From Balanoglossus misakiensis (taxonomy: Eukaryota > Animalia > Hemichordata), in the NCBI GenBank assembly GCA_040954595.2, contig CM082587.2, forward strand, positions 8,995,403 through 9,059,402: a stretch of 64,000 bases of DNA, in the 5' to 3' direction. The position numbers and the translations under genes were made by a program. Shown in pieces: positions 48,991 through 62,700 of the stretch (position 1 is the first letter of the stretch; the number at the start of each line of letters is the position of its first letter). The notes under the pieces were generated by a model. The model searched no databases and was not told where the DNA came from. It saw nothing but the letters and a program-made list of their open reading frames with translations.

Positions 48991-51388
48991 CTACCCATTT
49001 CAAAATACCTTGGAAATTCTTTGTGTTCGAGTGTTACAATAAACGTCTCCCATGATATAAAGAAAAAGCGACCGCACTGTGTTTATTTTGCAACAAAGTT
49101 ACCGTTTCAAACGTGCGTAATCCCACTGTGAGATTGTCTGTAGTCTACTCTGAACCTTGTATGAGGATGTTTTGCACTGACAACCAAGGAAACTTCCTAA
49201 TGATGAAGAGCAATATATCGAGTATTTAAAACGACAAACTCCTTCGATTTCATACGAAGAAATTCAACAAAAATTGGCGGAATTTTCGCAAGCAGACGTG
49301 TCTATACCCACCGTCTGTCGAACCGTCAGAAATCGATTGTCCGACAAAACGCGGACTTGGAAAAAGATGGCGTGTTGCAAACGACGAGAGTTGTTTAGCG
49401 TGTCGAATGCTGCTCTACGAAGCTCGTAGTTACCTTCTGACCGGGACATTTACGCTTGAACGGACTGGGTTCCTTCCGATGGGTTCTTGCCGATTGCCGC
49501 ACGCCGGCGGGTATGAAAGTGTAGGCTAAGACGTCGATCCACCGGCCGGCTGCACTGCTCCAAACATGACCAGCTCCACGCCACTGTGAGCTGCACCGCG
49601 GTCGGATATCCCACCCCGGCTGCCGGACAGCATATGAAGGTGTCTGAGGCCTTTTCTAAAGTGTACACGTTTAAAACTTTGGGGTTTTCGTAATGGAAAT
49701 AGCGGAACAAGAACATGGATTTATACTAATCATGAACACCAAACAAACGTTGAAAAAGCCAGATCTGAAAAAAAAAAATCCGCTGGGCGCGATGACGCGC
49801 CGACGTTATTTTTCAAACAATGTAGCCTGTCACGCTGAGTTCATATATTTTGCTGCCACAAACAAGTTCATGCGTAGGTCGAGAAAGTTCTCAAGCGGCC
49901 GGGTGATCGCTGCAAGGTTAGCGGCGGCCTCGCACGCCCGAATTTGCCACAAAACTATCAATCCATACAGCGATGCGGTTCAAACTCTTCCGTTGTATTT
50001 CATTTCAACAACACAAATTCAGAAAGGCTGCCTCGGCCACCCGATTGTTTATTGCTCAACTCGTACGAGTACGTGTAACTGCGTTCAAAATAACGCGAAA
50101 AAAAGGAGGCGAAACCTTAAGAGTCATACAGATAAATGGATACTTCTCTACTCTTTGTCATAAAATCTACCATTTTACGTCTTGAATACAGTGCAGTCGA
50201 TAGTCAGAACGTACACTTCCGGGTGTTGCTTTACAGGGCGCCCGATTGGTCAATTTAAATAGGCAGAGAAAACGGAGCCATCACCATCGGGCGCGTGATT
50301 CAAATGTGATTGAATTTGACTGGGTACGACTTGGAAATCGCCGTTTTTCCACTCGTTTGCAGGTCAATAGATGAAGTGAAGCCCAAATTAGGTCAGTGAG
50401 ATAAATTTCAATGCCTATGGTGGCATAATTTAATCGCTCGCTGGTGAATGGGGTGATTTTTCAGGGCCTTGAAGGTGGCCCATGAGCCTACATTTGTAGA
50501 TCCAGGGCATGTGGATTCCACCCTTGCCTGTATGTAAGACGGTAGTGACATTCGGCGACCTAGGTCGTGTTTTCCACGATTATGGTTGGGTTTTTTTACA
50601 GTTATCTACAACATCGACAAACATAGCAAGAAATGACACATTGATTTTTTTTTAAATTTTATTACCAATCTTAACAACAACAACAACAACAACAATAACA
50701 AAATTACTAAGTTCCCTGTGATACAACACGGCGGTTTGGTACGTCGTCTCTATATCCTACACCGCTAATTCTCATCTCAATCGTCTCTCTTCGCATGCAA
50801 TACGTCGATTCTCTACAAGAAAGTTCAACAGACGGGATACACTGCAACCCGCGGAACAAGCAATTCACGTCTCTGCTTCAAAGGAATATACCGACCTGAA
50901 GTGGGGGGAACCCAGTCCGTTCAAGCGTAAATGTCCCGGTCAGAAGGTAACTACGAGCTTCGTAGAGCAGCATTCGACACACTAAACAACTCTCGTCGTT
51001 TGCAACACGCCATTTTTTTTTCCAAGTCCGCGTTTTGTCGGACAAACGATTTCTGACGGTTCGACAGACGGTGGGTATAGACACGTCTGCTTGCGAAAAT
51101 TCCGCCAATTTTTGTTGAATTTCTTCGTATGAAATCGAAGGAGTTTGTCGTGTTAAATACTCGATATATTGCTCTTCATCATTAGGAAGTTTCCTTGGTT
51201 GTCAGTGCAAAACATCCTCATACAAGGTTCAGAGTAGACTACAGACAATCTCACAGTGGGATTACGAACGTTTGAAACGGTAACTTTGTTGCAAAATAAA
51301 CACAGCGCGGTCGCTTTTTCTTATCATGGGAGACGTTTATTGTAACACTCGAACACAAAGAATTTCCAAGGTATTTTGAAATGGGTAG
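48991..51388. mobile_element. Tc1/mariner (IS630-like) non-autonomous foldback element with ~480-bp TIRs
   Basis: CTACCCATTTCAAAATACC... (48991-~49473) is mirrored at ~50907-51388; TA on both sides; each arm contains a transposase-like HTH remnant. Confidence 0.85.
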
Positions 51389-51886
51389 TATCTAAGTTGA
51401 AGTAGAAAATCCCTGGGGATAGGGGAATTTTTTTTAAACAATGCATTTTGATCGACGTATGCGCACGCGTCATACATCCTGCTTAAAGATTAACTATGCT
51501 CTCTGTCACGCCACAGCAACCGCATTCCTCCTGTCAAACTGGACATATAAATATATTGTCAAGTTGATAGGAACGCCATATACCTCGTCCATGCATCTAT
51601 CTATTGCATACACACTTGGCATTTATGAGGGATTTTGTTATTTCCTTATCTTCTCCGCATGCCTGGTGAATAACTTAAAGAACAATATATGTACATTTGT
51701 AAACACTCAGCGACTTTACAAGTCACGATGTTCTGACATTTTTATTTTATTTTAATATGATAAATTATACGACGGAAAGTTCAAACGTCACGTTCAGCTA
51801 TATTTATATGTCATATAAAAAATGCATATAATTTTGGTCTTTATAAACGGGAATTCAACAAAGTGATTCGTCATTTGATCACCAAA

Positions 51887-54800
51887 ATGGCATTGCTAAA
51901 CAACTGTCTGGTTTTCTTGCTGGCCTGGAGTGTGGTCAAGATGGCCGCGGCGAATCGCAATTCGGTGAACCTAACAGACAATGTTTATTCTACTGTCTTG
52001 GTTGCGATCAATGAAAATGTACCGGAAAATCAACGTTTGGTGGACAATATCAAGGTAAAGTCCTCAGAGAAACGTAGGATACAGTGAGATGCATTTGTTT
52101 TGTGCTTCTCTGGAGATAAATTTTCTTAAACATGATTTAGGTACATACACTGGAAGGGATACCGTCGTGTGATGATAGCTCTATAAAAGTTCTATAACAG
52201 CTCTGCGAATTATGTGCGGAGTTTGTTCGTGGGGAGACTGACCACAGCTCAACTTGGTCGGTAAAATTTTAGTTGTTGTCAGCACTACCGAAATTGGCGC
52301 GAATATCTATCATTTTTTTCTTTGGCCATTGTCAATAGATTAAAAATAGTTGTCGGTTCCCCGATGGCCGTCCGTACCCACCACGGGTGAGACTAAAGCG
52401 AAGGAAAGCGAAGGACACTGATTTATCCATATTTTAGTGCGAAGGACACGGTTTTCTGTATGCTGGAGGCCGAAGGACGGGTGTAGCTCCGTAATTTAGG
52501 CCGAAGGAAAGCGAAGGACACTGATTTATCCATATTTTAGTGCGAAGGACACGGTTTTTTGTATGCTAGAGGCCGAAGGACGGGTGTAGCTCCGTAATTT
52601 AGGCCGAAGGAAAGCGAAGGACACTGATTTATCCATATTTTAGTGCGAAGGAAAGCCAGTAAGGTGCGGAATTGTGTTTTATCACTACGATAATTATCGC
52701 TTTCTAAATATCGTTCTAAATTTATAAATTAGCCACAGTTTAGAAAGCCCCCCCCCCCCCTCCGACTAAAATTTTCTGCCGACGATATAAGTGCTGTATT
52801 TCCATTTCAATATTTGCGGACGGGAGAATGTTGGGAATCGTTTATTGCACAAATCAAGCCTTATCTCAAAACTCCTCTCAGTTTATCGGGTTAATGGAGT
52901 AGCTCTAAGTGAGCGCTGTTTAAGGCGCGGTGGGTGTCCGTGTGCCAGCCAATCATATGCTGTCTCAAGCCCGCCGGAGGGAAAGTTTCCCGGGCTTTGG
53001 TCATTGCCACTTTTGCATTCGGAGGAGCAGCAGGCTGGACACGGGACGCTATTGAGCTCTGTTATATCAAGCGACATTACCACCGTACTGGACGTTTTAC
53101 AAGCGGTACGTTCGATCTGCTTTTACAATACCTGAAGCTGTTCAGGTATCCCTTGTCTAGGCCCTAACGTTTTTCCACAAATAGCGAGACTTTTGACTCG
53201 TGCTACGCTCCCCGATATGTCTTAACACCATTGTTCTACCATTATGAGGTGTTGTAAAATGTCAGAGTTAGAACTTCGGCTATATATACTGTTAAAATAA
53301 AACAGAGATCACATTTGACTTCCCACCGAAGTACTGGCCATCCCGTCTCTCTCTTCATTCCGAGCCTACTTCCAAAGTGTACGCCGTACATTTGTAAACG
53401 CCAAAGTAGTCCTACTTTCTAAACTGCTGCTAGTTTAGAAAGTTTAGAACGATATTTAGAAAGTGATAATTATCTTGATAAAAGCCATGTTTATCATTAT
53501 TAGCTAAATTAGCTTCCTTAGACAATACATGTAGTTTAGAAATGCCCCTTCAATAAGACACAATTCCGCACCTAACTCAGGAAAGCGAAGGACAGTGATT
53601 TCTCCATATTTTAGGGAGAATGACATCAGTATCCATCTCTCTGTATCTCGAAACTAGGATATCAATAGTGTGATCTTGCGTTGAGATCGTTTTTTGTTAG
53701 TTGTTTTTCATTTCCAGTTCATGGAACGTAATGTCGGCTATTCCCGGTGAAGCATTTGAGCCCACGGTACAACTGCATGTTTGCTTGTAGAATTCGTTGT
53801 TTAATTCAAAAGTATTGTTACCTAGAATTAGTGATAGCATTTCCATGAGGTATGTTTGTTTAGATTTGTTTCGTGTAAACATGACACTCTACTTAAGATC
53901 TCGACATTGATATCAGTAACTCTGGTCAGACGTGTACTAGCTGACGCCAAGTCTCTGATAATCGTGAGAGAATCGTGTCCTTCGCCCTAAAATATGGAAA
54001 TATGACTGTCCTTCGCTTTCCTTCGCACTAAAATATGGATAAATCAGTGTCCTTCGCTTTCCTTCGGCCTAAATTACTGAGCTAAACCCGTCCTTCGGCC
54101 TCCAGCATACAGAAACCGTGTCCTTCGCACTAAAATATGGATAAATCAGTGTCCTTCGCTTTCCTTCGGCCTAAATTACGGAGCTAAACCCGTCCTTCAC
54201 CCTCCAGCATACAGAAAACCGTGTCCTTCGCACTAAAATATGAATAAATCAGTGTCCTTCGCTTTCCTTCGGCCTAAATTACGGAGCTACACCCGTCCTT
54301 CGGCCTAAATTACTGAGCTAAACCTGTCCTTCACCCTCCAGCATACAGAAAACCGTGTCCTTCGTACTAAAATATGGATAAATCAGCGTCCTTCGCTTTC
54401 CTTCGGCCTAAATTACGGAGCTACACCCGTCCTTCGGCCTAAATTACTGAGCTAAACCTGTCCTTCACCCTCCAGCATACAGAAAACCGTGTCCTTCGCA
54501 CTAAAATATGAATAAATCAGTGTCCTTCGCTTTCCTTCGGCCTAAATTACGGAGCTACACCCGTCCTTCGGCCTAAATTACTGAGCTAAACCCGTCCTTC
54601 ACCCTCCAGCATACAGAAAACCGTGTCCTTCGCACTAAAATATGAATAAATCAGTGTCCTTCGCTTTCCTTCGGCCTAAATTACGGAGCTACACCCGTCC
54701 TTCGGCCTAAATTACTGAGCTAAACCCGTCCTTCACCCTCCAGCATACAGAAAACCGTGTCCTTCGTACTAAAATATGGATAAATCAGCGTCCTTCGCTT

Positions 54801-57800
54801 TCCTTCGGCCTAAATTACGGAGCTACACCCGTCCTTCGGCCTAAATTACGGAGCTACACCCGTCCTTCGGCCTAAATTACTGAGCTAAACCCGTCCTTCA
54901 CCCTCCAGCATACAAAAAGCCGTGTCCTTCGCACTAAAATATGGATAAATCAGCGTCCTTCGCTTTCCTTCGGTTTCCTTCGTTTTAGGTTATGCTCCCA
55001 CCGCTTTATTACGGATTGCTTCTTCTCTAACAGGATATATTTACCGAGGCTTCAGCACGTTTGTACGAAGCAACCAATCAACGGGCCAGCTTTGGTGACA
55101 TCACCATTCTAATACCGAAGACTTGGAGCGACAACATTACATCACTGAGGGCTAAAACGGAAATATACGACATTGCCAATGTCATTGTTGACCATGAACA
55201 TCCAGATTATGTCGACAACCCGTACACGAAGCAACCTTATGGGTGTGGAAGAAAGGCAGAATATATGCATTTGACTCCAAGGTGGATAGTGGACCGAGAC
55301 TATTCACAGAAATTATGGGGTGACTCAGGTAATTACAATTTTATTGTTTACAATATTAAAATAATCTGGTATACAAAGTCGACCATCCTTGAATTTGGTA
55401 ACATCACCGACGCGCATCTTATCTCATTTCCCGGCCATTCATCTCTCTCCACAACCCGAACCCTCCCCCCCCCCCCCAAGTGTACGCCGTACAGCCAACA
55501 ATCTTATTTTATTTTTCAATACACCAATGCAGGTAAAGTTATAGTTCACGAGTGGGGTCATCTACAATGGGGCCTCTTTGATGAATATCCAACGGAAATA
55601 GACGAGCAGTTCTACGTAGACCCAAATGGCCGGGTTGAACCATCAAGATGTTCTCTATCTATCACTGGTGAGTCTCGTGCACTAGACCCTTACAACAGAT
55701 GGAAGCCTTGCAACACTGATCCCGATTCTGGAATAATACCAGACCCTGGTTGTGTGTTTGTCCCAGATGAAGACAATGTTGGCAAAGGATCTTACATGAA
55801 TGCAAACTATCTTGACAGTGTAAGTGTTTATATACAATTATGTATATGCGTCGTGGTAAGGGCTAGTGTCAGAATGGGTCACATCTGTGAAAAAGTAAGT
55901 CCGTGACCGACCCATTCCAGTGTTAGAAAATATGGTTGCTGTTAAGTGTTTGGCTGAAATCTATCATCAATATGTTCAAGACTCAAATTCCCTTTGCAGG
56001 TGGTTGCGTTCTGTCATGATGACCCGGATGCTGACGTGAATTCCAAGCACAATCCTTTGGCTTTGAATAAACATAACAAACAATGCGGCTACAGAAGTGC
56101 GTGGGATGTTATGAATTCCTCAGAAGACTTTAACGGGACAAACCCACCACAGCCAAAGATGGATTCCCGGCCAACATTTACCGTGGTCAGAGAAACTGAA
56201 TTTCGAACAGTTTTGGTTCTTGATTTGTCCAACAGTATGATACATGTAAGTACGTTCTGACACCATTGTCGTATAAAATATTGTATGCCTAACATGGCCC
56301 GTGCCTTTTCCACACAACATCAATAACTGTATTACAGACGATGGTATACCACACGAATTAATTTTCTGATATACTATTCATATACCATAACTCTGACTAG
56401 GGTATATAGGCCTACATAATTTTGTGGAAATTTGTTGGGCATGACTAAAGAAAGGTCTTCACAGCAAAACGTGAAATGTGACAATAATTTTAAGCTGAAT
56501 AACAGGTTTAATTGTAAATATCTTCGTTTATGCATAATCATTAGAAATGACAAGATAGAACAAAATGTGTCTATATTCTTTTAACGCTCTTGCTCGTATT
56601 ACAGAATGACCGGGTATACGAACAACAACAGGCTGCCGCTTTATACATCGGCTCGACTCTTCCAAACAACAGTTGGGTTGGCATTGTTGAGTTTAGTGAT
56701 ACTGGGAGAATAATTGCACCTCTGACACAGATTGTAGATGACCAAAGTCGGCAGGATCTGATCGACTTGATACCAACAGCTTTAACATATGCCACTTGCA
56801 TTGGGTGCGGACTGCTGACTGGAATACAGGTAATATCATGATTTTGATTGGATCAAAGATAGATAAATGCAAATCTCATTCCCCTCTTTCTATTCCGCTC
56901 ATACACACGCGTGCACATTAAGAATATATTTTTGTTCATAAACAGTACAAGTATAGCAATATGTTAGTGTTATTTCTTTGCTCTGTTATTAATTAATTAC
57001 ATGGTAATATAATTGTCTCCAATATGCTGGAGGTAATTCACTGATCTTTTGAAAAGGTTCTTGAAAACAGCCAGTTTGGGGACGCTGCCGGTGGAATCCT
57101 ATTTCTCACAACAGATGGCGCAGAAGGTGTGGCACCTTACATCAGTGACGTCACTCCCGAATTAGTGGCTAAAGAAGTTATCGTCGACACACTGGCATTT
57201 AGTAGTGCCGCCGACCCTAAATTAGTTCAGTTGTCAGAAGACACAGGAGGGATAGCGTGTTGGTATTCAGAGAGTGACGATTCTACAGCTGTTAACGACT
57301 GCTTCACTGCTTCAGTTACAGACAGGATAGGAACTAGTCAAGATACCCCTGTCCAGGTAATGAAATTTCACTTACTATAATGGCAGGTGATTTCACCTAC
57401 TATAATGGCGCCAATTACACTATAATGGCAGATATCCAACCATGGTCCGAATCCACTGATCGGACCGTGGGTAACTCACCTCGAACACCCATACCCAGTT
57501 CAGTATACATTATCAAGATTAATCCCATCTCTGAACGACGTTAGAGACTGACCATTTACACTTGAATGTTCATATGTTTCAGCTCACAAGTTCCATTATG
57601 AATATTGCATTTAATGGCGACTCTTTCGATGTTGCGTACATTGACTCAACAATTGGAAAAGATACAACGTTTTCATTCTTTTGGGAGTTCGGGAAAACAA
57701 CAATCGCTGTTACAGTGACATCACCTGACGGTACTGTGATTGACAGTAGCGATAGCCAATATCACATCGATACCAGTACTTCCACTATCATTGTCAAAGT

Positions 57801-59853
57801 GGATGGAATCGCAGAGGTGTGTTGAGAATATAATTATACAAATGCACATTGTACTTGTATGTATGGGATGGTTGTATGGGATGGATGGATGGACGGACGG
57901 ATGGATGGATGGATGGATGGATGGATGGATGGATGGATGGATGGATGGATGGATCAAAAGGTCCGTCACCAATTGATATGCATCATTTGCCGTTCTTACA
58001 GACTGGAGCCTGGACCTATACAATTAACAACCCAGACAGCACAGCTCAAGCAATAGAGATATCGATCACATCTAAAGCAAAGGATTCGTCAGCTAGCCCA
58101 ATCAGACTAAATTCTGTACCAGGCACAACTTCTGTAACTGTATCTCCACCAATGGTACCCATCTATGCTGATCTTAACCAAGGACATAGTCCTGTGCTAA
58201 ACGCCGTGGTTATCGCCACCATAGAAAGACCCAGTCCTCACAGCAGTGTGGACCTACAACTTTTCGACACAGGAACAGGTGAGATGGTCAAAAAAAAAAA
58301 AATTGCAGAGTCATTGTAAACGTATAGCACCAATATAATGTATAGATTTCACGATATTTCATAACCTTCTCCTTAATGTATTTGTTTCAGGTGCTGACGT
58401 CACAAAAAACGACGGAGTTTATTCTGCCTACTTCATTGACTTCGTAGAGGCCACATGTACTAACGAGTGCCGGTATAATATTCAAACGATGGCAAATGAT
58501 ACGGATGGTATCGCTGAGATCAAAATCACTGGACATGTAGGTGCCATGCCAAGAAACTATTGTAAGTAAGCCTTCACGTTTGCAGAAAGCTTAGTTTAAC
58601 ATTTTACTGGATAAACTCTGTAGATGAGAGATGAGAGCAATCACTTTGGTTATGTTTACTATTTTAGTATTGATTAGTATCTCTATTTGTTATCCACGTA
58701 ATTCATTTTGACTTCAGTATTTTTGCTGAGGAAAAATTCATCCACAACTAAGAACACACATTATTTCCACAGCTGTTATACCAAAGGAAACAGAAGGCAC
58801 GCCGATCGGTGCTTTTAATAGAGTGGCGTCGGGTGGAGTCATACAAGTGGATGACAGTGTCACCTATGTTGATTGGAGTGACCCAAATGATGATCAGTTT
58901 CCTCCATCTCGCATCGCTGATCTACAAGTGGTTGCCACTTCTGTTGACAATGCCACGGTCACATTGACATGGACTGCAACAGGCGATGACCTTGACGTTG
59001 GGACAGGTATGTGTGTCTCAGGGTCGTGCCAGTATGCCTTTACGCCAAGTCTGTTATACGCGTAAGACCAGGAGTCAACATTAGTGGAATTAAGAGTCTG
59101 CGAAAATTTCTAATTTCGAAATCAGCATAGCTTAGCTAGCGAAGATGGCGAAGTCGTCCGCATCGGATTGGTGTGATTCAGAGGTGTTGCAACCGCAAAA
59201 ATCCACGATGGGTCAATTGTTCAAGGGAATGAGGCGTTTTTAAATCTGTGATTAGGTCAAATATCTAATTCACTTTGATTTCCTTTACAGCATCCATATC
59301 TGACCTCCGCTACGACACTCAGTTTGAAAATGTCGCCTACAACTTTGAAACTTGTTCCCAATTCACAAATGATAACCTGACAGAAGGAAATCTCACAGAC
59401 CCTCTCCCAAGCGGTCAACAGGAATTGGTGACTGTAATACTGCCATCTAGCGGTCCTGGCGTCACATATTATTTCGCTATTCGAGCCATAGATAATGCTG
59501 ACAATGCCGGACAGACTTCGTTCATCGCACAGACCACTATCACCGCTGCACCACCCGCCGAAACCACAACGGAATTGCCACCGACTACAAGTACTGAACT
59601 CACAACGATCGTCACAACAGACGCCTATGCTGAAATAGGTGGTCTGGAACCGTGGAAAATTTTTCTGATCGTATTTGCACCATGTGTCTGTCTGTTGATG
59701 ACATTTGGAGTGGTGGCTGGTGGATACCTTTATTGTAAGAAGGTCAAAGCTCGAGCCAAAGTACACGACAAGCTTAGCCATTACGTATGTACTACTGATG
59801 TTGAGATGAATCGCACAAGCAGGCCAGAAGGAGACAAAACTGTGTCTGAATGA
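51887..59853 (+). CDS. CLCA: Calcium-activated chloride channel regulator (CLCA family) protein, ~999 aa, membrane anchored
   Basis: Exons 51887-52054, 55034-55328, 55533-55819, 56000-56245, 56605-56829, 57057-57356, 57583-57816, 58002-58278, 58391-58561, 58773-59006, 59291-59853 (3000 nt, open). Signal peptide, [23 protein letters not shown] metalloprotease motif, VWA MIDAS DLSNS and [22 protein letters not shown]3 [17 protein letters not shown], Thr-rich stalk, C-terminal TM helix. Confidence 0.93.
52657..53578. mobile_element. Non-autonomous TIR element with 8-bp TSD (hAT-like), nested in the foldback
   Basis: TIRs CAGTAAGGTGCGGAATTGTGT / ACACAATTCCGCACCTAACTC; TSD AGGAAAGC at 52649-52656 and 53579-53586. 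Confidence 0.85.
53700..53860 (-). pseudogene. Penelope-like reverse transcriptase fragment
   Basis: [46 protein letters not shown] resembles the PLE RT segment L..NN.F.FN..FY.Q..G.AMG....P..A.I.M..LE. Confidence 0.7.
57880..57954. repeat. (GGAT)n microsatellite in a CLCA intron
   Basis: Direct reading. Confidence 0.95.
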
Positions 59854-60303
59854 TTCATGCAAAGGCAGTAGCAACCAAAGCGTTTTACAGGTTGCATAAG
59901 TTATACTAGTTTACTGTGGAACTATTAGACGATTTATTTGAATGTTAAGTAGACATAAATATCTACATGTGGTCTGAACCACAGGGTTTACTTATCAGGC
60001 TATTTACAGAAATCAATAAAGGGGATAGCTTTATCAGAGACACCTTGCTATTTATTATGTCAATATCGATCCATTCACATTAGAATTGCTGACCAAACCT
60101 GTCACACCACATATACGTAGAAACTCCACATAGTGATCGTTGTACAAGTAAATTTATATCAAACAAAAAAACATGTGGATACAAAATCAGTTTAGATTAT
60201 CATTATCTTTCAAAGTGAGTTAATTGTACTAGTAACTAGGTCCGACAAAAGTCAAAATGTTGGCCTAAATGATAAAAGGGTTCGTGTTCGGAATGGGTTG
60301 GGC

Positions 60304-60409
60304 CAATCTGATTAAAATCAGATGTAGGGAACGGCGACGTGGTTTTTTTATGCTGTCGCATAAAAAAAAATCACGTCGCCGTTCCCTACATCTGATTTTA
60401 ATCAGATTG
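60304..60409. repeat. Near-perfect ~106-bp hairpin
   Basis: CAATCTGATTAAAATCAGATGTAGGGAACGGCGACGTG... / ...CACGTCGCCGTTCCCTACATCTGATTTTAATCAGATTG. Confidence 0.85.
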
Positions 60410-60424
60410 ATCAGAGTTATAACC

Positions 60425-61050
60425 CGCAGCAGTGACATACTGTTGTCTATTAGACAGATAGCTTGTAAACCAGTGTAGGGGGTGCCTCGAATACCAATGT
60501 GAGAGAGCCTTGAGAAAAGTATACTGTGGTTGATAGTGTCGAAGGCTTTAGTCAGATCCAGAAAAACACCAAAAACAAAATTACCATTTTCGATTTCCTC
60601 GAGAAGTTTGTGGACCAGATCAATAAGTGAGAGTTTCGTGCTAAAGTTCTTCCTGAACCCATATTTGTCATCACCAAGAATATTGAAGCGATCAAGAAAA
60701 GACAATAATTGCTTATTGACAATCTTCTCGAAAACTTTGCTAACTAAGGAAAGGACAGAAATGGGACGATAGTTGTTCAGACTATAAGGAGAGCCTTTCT
60801 TGTAGATGGGTGTAACTTTGGCCAGTTTCAATTGATCAGGAACAGTACCTGTTGTGAATGACAAGAATGTGAGACAGTGGATGGCTAATGAAAGGAGTAG
60901 CATCACGTAGAAGGCGAGCACTAAAGAAATCATGACCGCATGATTTATGCTGGTCTAAGTTTCTCAGCTCTACCTCAACATCCTCTTTAGAGACTGGGGA
61001 AAGAAAAAAAGACTGTTGATTTGAGGGTCCGAGGAAATCTCCTGGAGTAA
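60425..61050 (-). mobile_element. Non-LTR retrotransposon (CR1/L2-group LINE) ORF2 RT fragment, frameshifted
   Basis: KSCGHD, VPDQLKLAKVTPIYKKG, NYRPISVL, KYGFR, FLDLTKAFDTINH, spread over different frames. Confidence 0.9.
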
Positions 61051-62304
61051 AAGTTTTGCTATGCAAAATAAATAATTGCGCCCTCACATAAAACTATCCT
61101 CTGTGACGCTAATTTGCGCCCTCAAGAATAGTAAGTTTGATTATTTCTTTATCGGTTGACCAAATGAATAAATGATACTAAAATGTAGGAAAGTCTAAAA
61201 AAATCATTTTTTTGTCCTCAAAAAGGATTACGTTGTCCAAAATGGACTCGGGGCTATGAAGAAAGAAACAAATCAAAACTTGGCGTTGAGGGCGATGAAT
61301 GGTGTATGGTACGCATGTGTGGTACGTCATATCATGGCGAATCATGGCGGTGGTTCTGAAGGAGGACTTCATGGTATCTTAATTTGAATGGAGCGCGGAG
61401 CCCCCAGAACGGAAATATTATTCATCAAATATGGTTCCAAGTATTCGCCTGAGGACCGGGTGCAAAGTTTTAGATAGTAGAAGTTTCTAGTGTAGCTCTA
61501 TCGCAGGCAGTGAGTGAAAATTGTCCAACGCAATGGAATGTTACACGATGACGTCGCATGGAGTATGACGCAGTTATCTATCTGACGAGAATATATGAGG
61601 CATGGAGGATATTATGATTTGTGTACACGTTTGAATCCAAATTTCCCGGTGGAGTCTGTTCTGAAGATGGTACATAGTGTGCATGGACTGCCGTTGGTCG
61701 ACATGAATGTTTCGGTGAGCAATTATTTATCATGTTTATGTCATGACGTAATTTGTAAATCACAAGTTTTCGTTTCAACTTCAAGCACTAAGCAGCACGT
61801 GCTATAGTATAGCTGCAATAATTGTAGCGGCCATTGCTGCTTGGTTGACTGGTGTGCAGCATAACCGCTACAAGGCCATGTGTGTAATTTTCCAATCAAC
61901 TTTCGGTCGTCAGCTCAGTTATGGGGTTTAACTCTTACCTCCGATAACATTTGAAAACCGAACGGGTGCACCCCCCCCTAAAAACACCTCCGACGCCAAA
62001 ATTTCCCCCAAAATTGTCCTGCTTCCATTAAAAAAAACACCGATAAATCCACTGAAGTTTCGCCGATGTGTTCCGCCATGTTGGAGCAAACATGGCGGAC
62101 AAAGTTTGTAAACATCGGCGAAACTGTGTGACAGCCATCGAACTGCCTTTGCTTCTGTGAGTTTCTAGTCTGGATCACCCAAAATTTTCTGTAAGAAAAA
62201 ATAAATAAGTCCAAAATTAACAAAAAATTAAACTACAAACAATTAAGTCATACTTTTGAATTGATGTGCATTACTGATTAAAAATGTTTAAAAATACTGA
62301 ATGA

Positions 62305-62700
62305 TTATTACATATGTACCGTCGATTACTTGCACCGAGCGCGCGCGTAACATCGGTACTTGCACTCAGTGCAATACCAAAAACATTATGCTATACCTGT
62401 ATGCAAATGAGTGGCCTGTTCACGAAACAAGCAATATCATTCCGCGGTCTCATTTCTTTCATTTTCGGTCTTTTTTTCAAAATGGGATGAACATATGTAA
62501 TAAAAACAGAACCCCATGTCTCAATCGTGCCAGCACGGCGTACCGGTAGTATTTGCAGTCGTGCTGGCGGTGTATTCTTGCTGCCCCCCGCACTCGCTGT
62601 CGCTCGTGCGGAGGACTGGGCAAGAATACACCGCCAGACACTCGATGCAAATACTACCGTTACGCCGTGCTTGCATGATCGAGCCATGGGGTTCTGTCAT
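62305..62700. mobile_element. Non-autonomous hairpin element, reverse orientation of the 531/14030 architecture
   Basis: Perfect 13-bp IR TTATTACATATGT (62305-62317)/ACATATGTAATAA (62491-62503), then hairpin 62506-62697 centred on GCACTCGCTGTCGCTCGTGC. Confidence 0.65.

Larger units (their letters stand above)
52385..54999. mobile_element. Foldback element made of inverted arrays of CGAAGG-rich ~95-125-bp repeats, in CLCA intron 1
   Basis: Left array ~52395-52656 (continuing 53579-53625); right array ~53975-54990 in reverse orientation; GGG...CCC ends with imperfect flanking ACCAC/ACCGC. Confidence 0.75.

Noticed and set aside
53975-54990. Regular CCTTCG repeats as a CRISPR or regulatory array
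   Set aside because: Intervening segments are themselves repeated and mirrored at 52.4 kb; it is a foldback arm.
57849-58001. MDGW repeat ORFs
   Set aside because: (GGAT)n intronic microsatellite.
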